NCBI RefSeq assembly: GCF_006345805.1
Contig: NC_043005.1
Coordinates: 35,836,001-35,900,000, forward strand
DNA from: Octopus sinensis
Taxonomy: Eukaryota
Reading direction: 5' to 3'
DNA length: 64,000 nucleotides
The translations under genes and the position numbers were made by a program. This document shows, one piece after another, positions 36,131 to 49,046 of this stretch (position 1 is its first letter; the number at the start of each line of letters is the position of its first letter). The notes under the pieces were generated by a model. That model searched no databases and was not told the DNA's origin. It saw only the letters and a list, made by a program, of their open reading frames with translations.

Positions 36131-36670
36131 ATTGGGTCATCTCATAAATAATGCGGTTTTTTCTACTTCTTTTATTTTTCAAAATTAAGATAAACAAAGT
36201 TCTTTTTTAATCTAAAATATACTCTCCTTCATTTTCTTCAATGATCTTCCATCTATCTGGTAGACTTGCAAGGTCCCTCTTCCAAAATTCAATTATGTCA
36301 GTGACAAAATTCATTTATCAGTACTGTTCTGACCTCGTCTACAGAATTCATATTTTTTCTGTTCAAATGATTGAAGACTGTGGAATAAATGCTAACCAGA
36401 TGGGGCAATGTCCCATGAATATGGTGGATGGAGCATTGTTTCCCAGTCAAACTGCTCCAACCTTTGGAATGCCATCCTTGCTGTATGTAACTGAGCATTA
36501 TCCTGATGGAAAAACACCTTTTGTCTTGGAACCAAAGATGGTTGTTTTCTTCTTGTGCTGAATTAAGTAGAAATGCTTTGTTATCGTTTGGTTTGGGTTT
36601 AAAAGTTCAAAGTGGACTAAACCTTTTACATTCCACCAAACAGATAGCAACACCTTAAAATATCTGGCAG
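36131..36670 (-). mobile_element. mariner (DD34D) transposon remnant
   Basis: Minus-strand HQDNAQLHTAR..LEQFDWETMLHPPYS..IAPS motif; end ATTGGGTCATCTCATAAATAATGCGG. Confidence 0.75.
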
Positions 36671-37904
36671 TGTGGGTTATGGTCTTGTCACCTGTATCAT
36701 AAATCAGGTAGTTCATGAAGAGGTTATACCCAATGTCTGGTGTAGCAGCACCATAGTCAATTGCTACAAGGGGAAAGGTGTATGTGTGTGTGTGTGTGTA
36801 CACATATATGTATGGATTGGTTGGAGTTTACCGACGCAAATTTTTTATGGCTAGATGTCATTGTAACCAAACTTAGCCTGTCTCCATGCAAGGTAATATA
36901 TACTTCATGGCCAAAAATGTTATTGCAGAATATTGAAAAATGAATGACATTGCTTGTAATAACGGTGACAATCATTTACAACTATCACATGCTGTCAAAA
37001 CAAAGAAACATAAACATCCCCCCCCACACACACACAGTAGAACTGACCCTGAAACCATTTGATGGGGAAGTAAATTTATTTACCATTTCTCCACAAAACA
37101 AATATATGTAGAAATGCTGAAGTCACTTTCAATACATCTAATATCTTCCATTCTCGTTATACAAAAACCATCAAGCCTCAAACATCATCATTGAGCATCT
37201 ATGTTGCATACTGTCATGGGTTAGATAGTTTGACAGGTTAGGATCCAATGGGTACAAGGACTGCATTGTATTCCAGTGTCTACTTTGGCATAGTTTCTAG
37301 AGCTGGATGCTCTCCCTAATACCAACAACATTACACCATGTACTGGGTACATTTTTGTACCACCAGCAAGACTATAAACCCCAATTAGGCAGCAAAGAGA
37401 TGAGGAGTAAAAGTGTGAAAGAAGGGACCAGAGTAGAATAAGCTTCTTGCTGTTGAGGAGCTACAAGACTAACTACTCACATTTTAGAAAAGAGACAGAG
37501 TGATCAAGGTGGCATTGGATACACAATAAAATATGCTGAATGGAGAGTCTTCTTAAGCTATGGGCTGGGCAGTCACCCAGATACGGAAGGCTTGACTGAC
37601 ACTGATCTATGCATGGTTGTATATGTAGGGGTCACCATGTACTGCATTCTAAGGGAGAGGTTTCTATAATACTACTAAGACTGTACTGGGTGTGACATGT
37701 GGTGCATATTACAATATTTTAGTGTAAAATTTTCTAGCAACGAAAATTTAACAGGAAATGGCAGGTGCAACTTATACACAAATAAATACAATATATCTGA
37801 AATTCGTTTAAGAAATCCTCACAACAAGACAAAGTTTAGCCTTTATCAGTATACAGGGACATGAAATAATCTATAGATGTAAAATATAACTGAATAATTA
37901 GTGT

Positions 37905-38153
37905 TTTCTTTTTAATCTTTTACTTGTTTCAGTCATTTGACTGTGGCCATGCTGGAGGACCGTCTTTAGTCGAGCAAATCGACCCTGGGACTTATTCTTT
38001 GTAAGCCCAGTACTTATTCTATCGGTCTCTTTTGCCGAACCGCTAAGTGACGGGGACGTAAACACACCAGCATTGGTTGTCAAGCAATGCTAGGAGAACA
38101 AACACAGACACACAAACACGCACGCACACACACACACACGCACACACACACAC

Positions 38154-38209
<56 letters not shown>

Positions 38210-38382
38210 CATATATACGACAGGCTTCTTTCAGTTTCCGTCTACCAAATCCACTCACAAGGCATTGGTCGGCCCGAGGCTACATAGCAGAAGACACTTG
38301 CCCAAGATGCCATGCAGTGGGACTGAACCCGGAACCATGTGGTTGGTAAGCAAGCTACTTACCACACAGCCACTCCTGTGCC
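37905..38382 (-). mobile_element. full-length octopus SINE family A
   Basis: Near-consensus copy with CpGs retained; expanded (TA)/(CA) centre. Confidence 0.9.
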
Positions 38383-38946
38383 TATGTTAACAAAGAAATG
38401 ATAAAATCAAGTCATGAAATATAAAGGAAATATAACAGACAGGAGACAATGAAGAAACATGAAACTACAAGAAACTGTTTATTTAAGCAGGAAAGAGTCT
38501 GGTCAATCACTCTGACAGGTCTGATGAGAATAAAATGATAGGGAAATGTCTGAAAACAAACAATAAGCTGATGTGATAAGCAACCTGTATAAAATAGGAA
38601 TAAAAAAAAAACCCATCAGAAATAAGACTGAGAACTGAAGATGTCAACTTCGGAACCTTTTAGAGTCAAAACTATAAGGTCATTGTCTTGTTTTCTAGAA
38701 GGTTCAACAAGTTTCCTATCTAACCATAATGATATTTATCTATTGTCCCACCAACTGCTTTTGTTGCTATCAACTGCATATAAATTCCTCCCCCACTGTA
38801 CCCCCTCATATCCTCCATCCAATCTTCCACCATTGTTTTTTTTTTATATAGCCGCCATGGTATAATCCCCACCTGCGAATATCTACATGCACACATACAC
38901 ACAAGCACACACACACACACACACACACACAAGGACGCGCGCACGT

Positions 38947-38980
<34 letters not shown>

Positions 38981-39556
38981 CCACACACACAACCACACAC
39001 ATACAATCACACACACAGACACACACACAAACCCACACAACCACACACATACAATCACACAACCACACACACGCATGCACCACACACAAACCCACACAAC
39101 TACACAACTACACAGATAAATTGTAGCCTGAATTGTTGTAGACAACTTCTTGTAGCCAACTTCACCTAGAGCCCTCCACCTTACCCATCATATTTTTTAA
39201 TTATCTATGCATTTTATATATTTTGTGTGTGTGTTTTGTCTCCTCAGTGTCTTTCATTACTTCCTGCAAAAGAGAATAAAATGACTATTGTTTTTTTTAG
39301 TTCTTGTTCTTTTTGTTAGCTTTCCTTCTCATTGTCTATCTAGGAGTTTATATATAAGATTAATCTTTAATTGTCAACAATATCAGAGCCTTTCCTTCCC
39401 TCTCATTAAACAAAAGTACATCCAAAAAAGACAGGTATTTATTATGCCAAGTTAAGGTCAAAGATAACAATAATGTTAGTTTAAAAAAAAACAAAAAAAA
39501 CTAACCCCTTCTAAGAGAGAAGGTCAGCTTACAATTGTAATAAACTGACAAGTTAC

Positions 39557-39594
39557 CTTTCCCTTGATGACCCGGGATTATTGCCCGCTCAGTG
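39557..39594 (-). CDS. EGFR: candidate upstream EGFR exon (38-nt micro-exon, or 3' end of a longer first exon)
   Basis: Donor GGGAAAG|gtaact is phase 1 and would give ...TERAIIPGHQGK-V-CRGT, resembling human EEKK|VCQGT. A possible acceptor tttaactctctattgttag lies directly upstream. Not confirmed. Confidence 0.4.
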
Positions 39595-40183
39595 CTAACA
39601 ATAGAGAGTTAAATGTTGTCAAAAGTACACCTAAGAACTATATTATACAGTAAGATATAATATTTCATTGTTGTTGGATGTTAAGGGAAGGGAAGATTTT
39701 GTGAAACAGCAAATGCCAAAAATGAACATTATTACCATGAAAATGGTTTCGCTTCTTTTTTTCCTTTTAATGCATTTCTGCAGACACACACACACACACA
39801 CACACACAAAGATGGGCTCTTTCAATCTCCATCTACCAAGCCCAATCACGACGCCTTCATTGACCTGAGGTTATTGCAGCAGAAAACACTTGCCCAAGAT
39901 ACCATGTAGTGAGACTGAACATACAACCATATTATTAGGAAGCAAACTTCTTAACCACACAGCCATTCCTACACCTATGATATATATATATATAATAGCT
40001 ATATGTATATATATATATTATATATATATATATATAGCTATATGTATATATATATATATATAATATATATATATATATATAAAGTTCAGCAAAATTTAGA
40101 TTCAAATGAATATGGTACTTAAGACAGATGGCACCAGAACTTTGTACGGTGTTATCCCTTATAAATCCATGGAGTGATTATAA

Positions 40184-40355
40184 TCAAAGTAAGCAACAAG
40201 AATATCTTCGGTAATTTGGTACGATCGTTTCATGCTACCTCTATGAATGGCTGAAGATATTTTAAAACTGATGTAATACTTACAATGTTTAATAAAATGA
40301 TGTAGCATGAAATGATCGTACAAATTACCGAAGATATTCTTGTTGCTTACTTTGA
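40184..40355. repeat. 55-bp inverted repeat with 63-bp spacer between (TA)n tracts; MITE-like
   Basis: TCAAAGTAAGCAACAAGAATATCTTCGGTAATTTGGTACGATCGTTTCATGCTAC versus 40302-40355 (one indel, one substitution). Confidence 0.9.
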
Positions 40356-41277
40356 GTATATATATATATATTATATATATATATATCTTAGAGAAAGAGA
40401 GAGGAATTATGAGTTAGAGGTTATGCAACCAGCTAAGGAATAAAAGTATCTGCAGGCACTACTGGTGTATTACCTAACTATGTATAGGCCTTGCAGTAAG
40501 GTTAACAGTAGATAGTAATTTAAAGGGTAAACCATGGTTTAATATATTCAGATAAGTTAAGAGAAGAAATAGAGCAACAGGTAACAATTCGAAGTTGATC
40601 ATTAGTATTGAATGATCATAGTTTGATTATGGTTACGATAAAATTTACAGCTGTTTCAGTTTATTATTTTTGAGGTAAACTTGCATTTATCTCGTTCCAT
40701 GTAACAAACATCATCAGAATGATTTGAACTTTACAAGAGGAATATTGACAGGAGAAAAAAGGAAAAAAGAAAAGGTTTGTTAGGTCTTTAAGCATACATT
40801 TTTGTATCCTTAAAAGATGGCATGTGTTCGTACAGTTGTTTCAAGTAGATGAATGGAGCAGTAAGTGGGGAAAATGACCAGTTGACTGGCGGTGTTAGTT
40901 GAAAGAATTATACCTGGTAGTAATATCCAGTATTATTAATCATAACAAATACCGCTATTTGTGTCCACTAGATAAGTCCCGATGATTACAAATAACGGCC
41001 TAGTTAAAAATTAAGGACACTCTTAAAAGTTTAAGAGTGATATGCGGTATAAATCTGGGTTATGTAAATAGGTATACTCTTTTACTTGTTTCAGTCATTT
41101 GACTGCGGCCATGCTGGTGCACCACCTTTAATCGAGCAAATCGACCCCGGGACTTATTCTTTGTAAGCCCAGTACTTATTCTATCGGTCTCTTTTGCCGA
41201 ACCGCTAAGTGGCGGCGACGTAAACACACCAGCATCGGTTGTCAAGCAATGCTAGGAGGACAAACACAGACACACAA

Positions 41278-41338
<61 letters not shown>

Positions 41339-41844
41339 TACGACGGGCTTCTTTCAGTTTCCGTCTACCAAATCCACTCCCAAGGCTTTGGTTGGCCCGA
41401 GGCTATAGTAAAGTGTTGTTATGTGTGGCCAGGGTTTACTACTCATTAATGTAATCAAAACAAATCAACACGGATAGAAAAGGAAAAATCACTCATTTAA
41501 TTGTATATATGTTAATGGCAGCATTAGCAATTAGTATGTTAGTCAGTGATCTAACTTTAATTTGAATATATTAAAGACAATTATAGCTCTGGGTTTACAT
41601 CATGCAACTCAGATAAATAATTCAGTTAGTCGAAAATATAATTGTCATTTATATTATATTATATCATGTTATGTGGTAAGAGGGTGGGTCAAAGGGAGGT
41701 AATCATAGGTTAGACAAGTCAGCTAATAAACTGTAATGTAAAGGTAGGTATTAGCATTGTTTAAAGAATAAGAATTTATCTTTATGTAAATGGTGGTGCC
41801 CCAGCATGGCCACAGCTCGTGAACTGAAACTAGATAAAATTAAA

Positions 41845-44037
41845 AAATAAAACAAAAAAGTATGCTATGCTTTTCTCATCTTGTTTATAAGTAATTCTGA
41901 TTTGACCATTAAAATGAAGAATTTCTCATTTATTTCTCACTTATGCATAAATTGCAGCATTTATTTTTATGGTTGTATGAAGATGTTTTGGTTAGGATGT
42001 GCCATTCTAATCTATAATTAATGTTATTATCTTTAAGTTCCCAGATGTAACTGCTTAATCCAGTAGAGTTAGCCTTATTTCTATTCCTGAAGCTTGAGAG
42101 ATGGGATTTTAATTATATCCGAGTTTCATTTCATTTTTAGTTGCTTCTATATAAGTATTCTTGTAATTATTGGAGAATACATCACGTTGGTAGATTACAA
42201 TCTTAGTTTTACGTTTATTCATGAATTCACAATGCAACTACATAGATTAGTAAGATTATCTGTGCCGATAATATAGTGAGGGGCATTATCATTTATAAGG
42301 TGGTTGTCCGTATTTTTAGAGGGCGAGTTATTTGGGGTACTGCTTATTATACCAATCGACTGGTTGTTGTGGTTATTATTGTTATTCTTCCTAGTTTTGT
42401 GGAAGGAGTCTATCTTTTTATAGTTAATAGAGGTTATAATAGTAGCTAGGTTGCTAGTTAGGCTATGGCCTATTCTAATTTTATTACAAAAGATTTCTGA
42501 GTATTTTGCATTCATATTAAAGTGCTTATTTATAAGGTTCATTATAGATTTAACTACATTGGTTTTTAGTTGCATTGTGAAAAGGATTATTACCCAGATG
42601 TTATCATTTTTCTGCTTAGTAAAAGAAATACGAAATTCTTTTACTAATGACCTGAACAAGTCCTCTTTTTATAAAATTTGGGTGGTTGCTATGTGCATTT
42701 ATATAATTGAGGTTGGTATTAGGTTTAATGTATGGTTCGTGTAATCCCATGGTTAAATTACAATTGGCATCTAAGTAGTTAATAGAATTATAGTCTTTCT
42801 CTATTGTGATAGTTAATTCAAACCGTTTAAAGAAGTTGTTTAATTTTTTCTTTAATAGTTCAAGCCTCCTATTGGAGGTGTTTTTAAGGATAAATAGCAC
42901 ATCATCTCTGTAAAGGCCTCCCTTAATCTCTGGGAATTCATCATATAAATGAGATAATAGGTAAATACCCACTAAATCAGATACTTGTATTGAATCTGGG
43001 GCCCCCTTTGTGATCTCGAAATTGTTGGGGTGTTCTTCCTTACCCACAGCATATTATCGAATTTTATTATAGATTTCTTAGATTCTTTGATTACCTTAAT
43101 TTCATTCATAGTCAATTTGGTATAGTTTTTAGCAGAAATCAGGGCACTATTTAGAATTGTAGGATTAACTGATGAATAGTAGTTGTCTATGTCTTTTTGT
43201 AGGAATTTATAACTATTTTTATTTCGTATATTGGAGAACCAATTAAGGGTGTCGTGGGTGTTTGACCATAATTCTAGAGTGATCCTGTTTTTTATAGTAT
43301 GAATATATTTATCTAGGATTAATTTACTTAGCTTGCATAGGTCGGATTTATTAGGGCAGATTAGTCTAGCTTTCATGTCTGTTAAGAAATTTTCTTTGCG
43401 GACCTTGGTTGTTATGCGGAGTCTCAAAGGTGTAAAAGGTTCAGTTTTGTCTTCTAAGTTTGTAATCAGTCATAATCTTCTTGGTGGATAAGTTCATAGA
43501 TCTTAGAGTGTTATTAGGCACTATTTTGTATTTTTCTATGATTTCTTTACGCAGAAGCTGGTGGTCATCATCATCATCATCATCATTTAGCGTCCGTTTT
43601 CCATGCTAGCATGGTTGGACGGTTCAACTGGGTCTGGGGAGCCCGAAGGCTGCACCAGCCAGTCAGATCTGGCAGTGTTTCTACAGCTGGATGCCCTTCC
43701 TAACGCCAACCACTCCGAGAGTGTAGTGGGTGATTTTATGTGCCACCGACACAGGTGCCAGACGAGGCTGGCGAACGGCCACGCTCGGATGGTGTTTTTA
43801 TGTGCCACCGACACAGGTGCCAGACGAGGCTGGCAGACGGCCACGCTCGGATGGTGTTTTTATGTGCCACCGACACAGGTGCCAGATGAGGCTGGCGGAC
43901 GGCCACGATCGGATGGTGTTTGTTACGTGGTATAAATTAATATCCAAATTATATAAGTTCCTGGTTTTGTCAGAGTGTACAGTAGTTCCCTTTTGTCCTA
44001 TAAGTTTCTTTGGTATGTATTATTCCTTAGTGGGTGT
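41845..44037 (-). mobile_element. Penelope-like retroelement (RT + GIY-YIG), frameshifted, with a SINE inserted at 43562-43930
   Basis: HSDKTRNLY, ITTKVRKENF..RLICPNKSDL, FLQKDIDNYY, GLYRDD, PYIKPNTNLNYINAHSNHP, and GIY-YIG-type HLSSFRNRNKANSTGLSSYIWELKDNNINYRLEWHIL. Confidence 0.92.
43734..43920 (+). repeat. 3 x 62-bp tandem repeat inside a family-C SINE
   Basis: TGCCACCGACACAGGTGCCAGA(C/T)GAGGCTGGC at 43741, 43803, 43865. Confidence 0.92.
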
Positions 44038-44175
44038 CTGAATACACACACACACACACACACACATACGTGCGGGCACACACATACGTGCGGGCACACA
44101 CATATATATACATACACATGTTCACATACATGTACATACATACACACACACATGTATATATATATATGAAGCAAA

Positions 44176-44229
<54 letters not shown>

Positions 44230-45710
44230 CAGTATTCAATGGGTAAACTATTATCATTTTATACTTTTAATTTCATGCATGCATATTGTTTGTTTTCGAT
44301 TTTGTCGACTACACAGTATAGTAGGGTCAGTTGGGCCCCGTCTGTGAGAAAAACAGCACCATGATGCAAGTCACTCAGCCAGAAATTTGGAAATTACATG
44401 CTGTATGGCTTAGCATTCATGCTGAAAGTTCACATACAAACATTTCAGAGTGCTTGAGTGTCAATCTGAGGGCAATACAATCTGAGGACATATACTGAGA
44501 GTAATAAAAATCAAACATCCGGTCAACATCATGGTGTTTAGAATGATCACTAGTGATGGCGATGTTATGCTTCCATTCATCTTCCCACATGGCCTCAGAC
44601 TGGACATGGAGGCTTACATCAAGTATCTAGAGCAGGTAGTGCTGCCCTGTGACCATGCTGGGGCACCACCTTGAACAATTTTTAATAGAATAAATGAACC
44701 CTTGTACTTTTTTTAAAGAGTAGTACTCATTCTAATATCTCCTTTCATGAACTGCCAAGTTATGGGGATGTTGGTTGCCAAGCAGTGGTGGGGGACAAAC
44801 ACAGACACAAACACACACAAACACACACACACACACACACACATGTATGTATGTATGTATGTATGATGTATGTATGTATGTATGTATGTATGTACATACA
44901 TACATACATGAGGGTAGCTGCTGGAAGACCCTATGTCTGGCAACAGGACTCTGCACTATGCGACAAAAGCGGGAGATCCCAGTCATGGTTGTCAGAAAAT
45001 TTCTGTGACCACATCACTTCTAATATCTGGCCACCTAACTCCCCAGACTGCGAACCCTTTGATTATTATGTGTGAGGTGAACTTGAGAAAGGGACTAACA
45101 GAGCTCCTTGTAACACCAAAAATGGACTGAAAGCAAGGATTATGGCAGCATTTACCAGTTTAAACAAGGATACCATCTACCAAAAGAGTTGCGGGAGATT
45201 CCGAAGTTGTCTGGAGGCCATGGTTGAAGCCAATGGCGATTTTATTGAATAAATTTACTCTTTAGTATTTTGAGATATTTTTATGTAATTTTGGTAAATA
45301 TATAGGTGCAGGCAAGGCTGCGTGGTAAGTAGCTTATTTACCAACCACATGGTTCCAGATTCAGTCCCACTGCATGGTACTTTGGGCAAGTGTCTTCAAC
45401 TATAGCCTTGGGCCGACCAAAGCTTTGTGAGTGAATTTGATAGACAGAAACTTAAAGAAGCCTGTCATGTGTCTGTGTTTGTCCCACCACCATCAGTTGA
45501 TAACTGATACTGGTGTGTTTACATCCCTGTCATTTAGCGGTCCGGTAAAAGAGACCAATGGAATAAGTACTGGGCTTACAAAGAATAAGTCCTGGAGTTG
45601 ATTTGTTTGACTAAACAATAAAAACAATAAAGTATAAAACAATATCTGTTAAAATGAGATGTCGGTGTCATTCTTGCGTGATTTAGCCACAGTTTACTCA
45701 CCACACCCTA
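44230..45710 (+). mobile_element. internally deleted DD37D (maT-type) Tc1/mariner element, interrupted by two SINEs
   Basis: KHPVNIMVF..ITSDGDVMLPFIF, WQQDSA..WPPNSPDCEPFDYYV; right end resumes after the SINE at about 45640. Confidence 0.85.
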
Positions 45711-45742
45711 CACACATACACACATGCTGAAGTTTTACATAT

Positions 45743-46169
45743 ACTCTTTACTCTTTTACTCTTTTACTTGTTTCAGTCATTTGACTGCGGCCATGCTGGA
45801 GTACCGCCTTTAATCGAGCAACTTGACCCCGGGACTTATTCTTTGTAAGCCCAGTACTTATTCTATCGGTCTCTTTTGCCGAACTGCTAAGTGACGGGGA
45901 CATGAACACACCAGCATTGGTTGTCAAGCAATGCTAGGGGGACAAACACAGACACACAAACATACACACACACACATGTATATATATATATATATATACA
46001 TATATACGACAGGCTTCTTTCAGTTTCCGTCTACCAAATCCACTCACAAGGCTTTGGTCGGCCCAAGGCTATAGTAGAAGACACTTGCCCAAGGTGCCAC
46101 ACAGTGGGACTGAACCCGGAGCCATGTGGTTTGTAAGCAAGCTACTTACCACACAGCCACTCCTGTGCC
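45743..46169 (-). mobile_element. full-length octopus SINE family A
   Basis: Near consensus, (TACTCTTT)n tail. Confidence 0.9.
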
Positions 46170-46789
46170 TATATCTTCAGTTTTACATCAGATTTTTCTC
46201 CATACTTCAGATGGCATATCAACAAAAACATTTAAAAAATTCTAACAGAAATACCATTAGCGGTTAGTGTCATGAAACTGCAACAGTGTAAATGTGTAAT
46301 ATCAGTCCCATTTGTTTACATGTGCTTGATCAATCAGGTTTTATTTTACTGCTGTGGTTTGCCATGTATAAATTTGTTTTCATAATGCAATTTTGATATT
46401 TCCGCTCTTTTGTTTAAAAGTTTCAGATTGTTTGGTTTGTAATATGGTGTTTCTCTTTAGTGAATAGCTGGCATTACCTCCTTGAGTTTACCTAGGGTGT
46501 GTCGCATTCAATGTTAATACATTTATGCATATAAACAAAGTATGATATAGCTGTGTGACACAGCACAGGCGTGGTTGTGTGAATATAGGCACAGGTGTGG
46601 CTGTGTGGTAAGAAGCTTGCTTCCTAACCACACAGTTGGGGGTTCAGTCTCACTACATGGCACCTTGGGCAAGTGTCTTCTACTATAGCCTCAGACTGAC
46701 GAAGGCCTTCTGAGTAGATATGGTAGACAGAAACAGGCCCATCTATATACATACATACATACATACATACATGTTATGGCTGCCCCATC

Positions 46790-47178
46790 ATTATCGAGTA
46801 TGGCCATTGCACGAAGCTTAACTGTTACTGGTGCTGTGATCGAATGTGACTTTTTAGCCCAGCTAAAGATCTACAATGTCTTGTATAAAATTGGCAACTA
46901 AAACTTTTACTGGTAATAGCCGGCTGTAGTTGTAACTGGGCTTCATGTACCTTTGCATGTCGTTTAAGTCCTCCTGCCGAATTACACTCTCTTCCACATG
47001 TCCGACAGATATGATTAGTATGGTGTGTTACACCACCACCAGTGGCCAGGTTGTCACTCATCTGTCTCGTTTTATGACTATGAAGATGACTCGTGAGTCC
47101 AGCTTTACTGAGGCAGGGTCTTGCCTCAGTAAAGCTGGACTCACGAGTCATCTTCATAGTCATAAAACGAGACAGATG
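46790..47178 (-). mobile_element. RTE-type LINE 3' end with two C2H2-like motifs and a fold-back 5' junction
   Basis: CRTCGRECNSAGGLKRHAKVH and CQFYTRHCRSLAGLKSHIRSH*, then GATAATGATGGGGCAGCCATAAC tail; perfect 57-bp inverted duplication at the 5' end. Confidence 0.75.
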
Positions 47179-48108
47179 TATGTGTGTGTGTCTTTGTGTC
47201 TGTGTTTGTCCCCCACCACTGCTTGGCAACCAACATCCCCATAACTTGGCTGTTCATGAAAGGAGATATTAGAATGAGTACTACTCTTAAAAAAAAGTAC
47301 AGGGGGTTGATATATTCTATTAAAAATTCTTCACGGTGGTGCCCCTAGCATGGCCACAGTTTAATGACTGAATCAAATAAAAAGATGGAAAAAAAAAAGA
47401 TAAAAAAGATATCTTGCTAGAAAATGCAGCCTTACAACCAGTCTACATAATCATCATCATTTCGAAATGTCTGCTTTTCCATACTTGTATGGGTCAGATA
47501 GTATTTGTTGAAGCAGATTTTCTATGGCTGAACACTTTTCCTGCCATCAAACATTATCTGTCACCAAGCATGGTAAGGTATATTTTTTCACATTCCTTGT
47601 ATAACAGTGAGACTTGTTTAAAACCATTGTGTGATGTGAAGCCATGGAAACACACAAACTCACATGTACATACTTATATACATACATACATACATACATA
47701 CAAGCATACAAGCATACAAACATACACATAAATATATATACACATACATATACACAATGTATACACACAAAAACACACAAAACAAATTGGCCCCAGTATT
47801 TTTTGTTTTAAAGGGTGATATCTATTCTATTGGTCTGTTTTATGAAACTATGTTATGAGGATGTAAATAAACTAACACTGGTTATTAAGCAGTTGTGATG
47901 GGAATAGACACAAAAGAGAAAGACACACACACACATACTGAAATAAGCCCATCATATACATGTATATGTATATAACCCATGCTAGCATGGAGAACGGACG
48001 TTAAACGATGATGATGATATATATATATTATATATATATATATATATATATGTATGTACGTATGTATGTATGTATGTATGTATATGTATGTATATATATG
48101 TGTATATA

Positions 48109-48151
<43 letters not shown>

Positions 48152-48153
48152 TG

Positions 48154-48356
48154 AGAAGAAAATAGATGTAATAACAAGGGGAAACTTGTGGTTTTCGCTG
48201 GTATGTCTTTAATTTACTTAGATAACAACGAAGAAGGAAGCAAAGATGAAGGATGTTACCTTCATCTTTGCTTCCTTCTTCTTTGTTATCTAAGTAAATT
48301 AAAGGCATACCAGCAAAAACCACAAGTTTCCCTTGTTATTACATCCATTTTCTTCT
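48154..48356. repeat. ~99-bp-arm palindrome with 6-nt loop (fold-back MITE)
   Basis: 48154-48252 is the reverse complement of 48259-48356 with a few mismatches; loop ATGTTA. Confidence 0.92.
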
Positions 48357-48359
48357 ATA

Positions 48360-48969
48360 TAACATAAACTACGGTTTACCATTTTCCTAAATTGTTAGGT
48401 AAAAATGAAACTGAGTATGCTTATTTCTTAGTATTTGAACCGTTAGAGTTATTTTCGAAATTTATCCAGTACAACCCTTAAACAAGTAAATAGTATTTTC
48501 CTAAACAATAGATCCACTTATTTAGGTTAGTCATTTATTCATGAATACACAAAAGCCCTTTTCATAGTTATTTACTTTGAATTGTTATTATCTCATATCT
48601 GATTAGCCTGTTATTACATAACATGTTTCATGATTTTAGTATACATATCTTATTAGTATTTTCTCCTATGTTCTATATACTCTGGGAATGCATTAAAGCT
48701 CCCTTTTGGGGCTACTTTATGAATTCTTACTATTGGGTAACTAATTTCATGTTATTACATAACTGACTTTACAATTTGGGTATTCATAACTTATAGGGGA
48801 TTCCTAAAAACAAGATCCTGTGTAAAACAGTTTGGTATTCTCTGTAAATGCACAAAACCATTTTAAGGGCTACATACTTTGTAATGTTATAGGATTAGCG
48901 AAACAATAATAAGAACGGGACCAAGGGATAAGCCTAGCTTTCCCTGGAATTACTGGGTACGTCAGCTAG
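48360..48969 (+). mobile_element. possible old non-autonomous Helitron-like element
   Basis: Ends CCCTGGAATTACTGGG-TACGTCAG-CTAG|T, resembling a CpG-decayed Helitron 3' hairpin + CTAG; 5' end not located. Confidence 0.35.
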
Positions 48970-49046
48970 TATGCACACACACACACACACATATATATAC
49001 ACACACATACATATATGTACATACACACACACAACACACATACATA

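Noticed and set aside
38848-38882. Short matches to copy A (TGGTATAAT, TGCGAATA) suggesting a third cassette
   Set aside because: Motifs are in the wrong order, there is no hammerhead core, and 8-9-mers are expected by chance.
39643-39849. ORF MIGLGRW...MVIMFIFGICCFTKS as the EGFR signal-peptide exon
   Set aside because: It starts in SINE/(CA)n sequence, ends in TAA, has no suitable donor and is out of frame with the 39557 donor.
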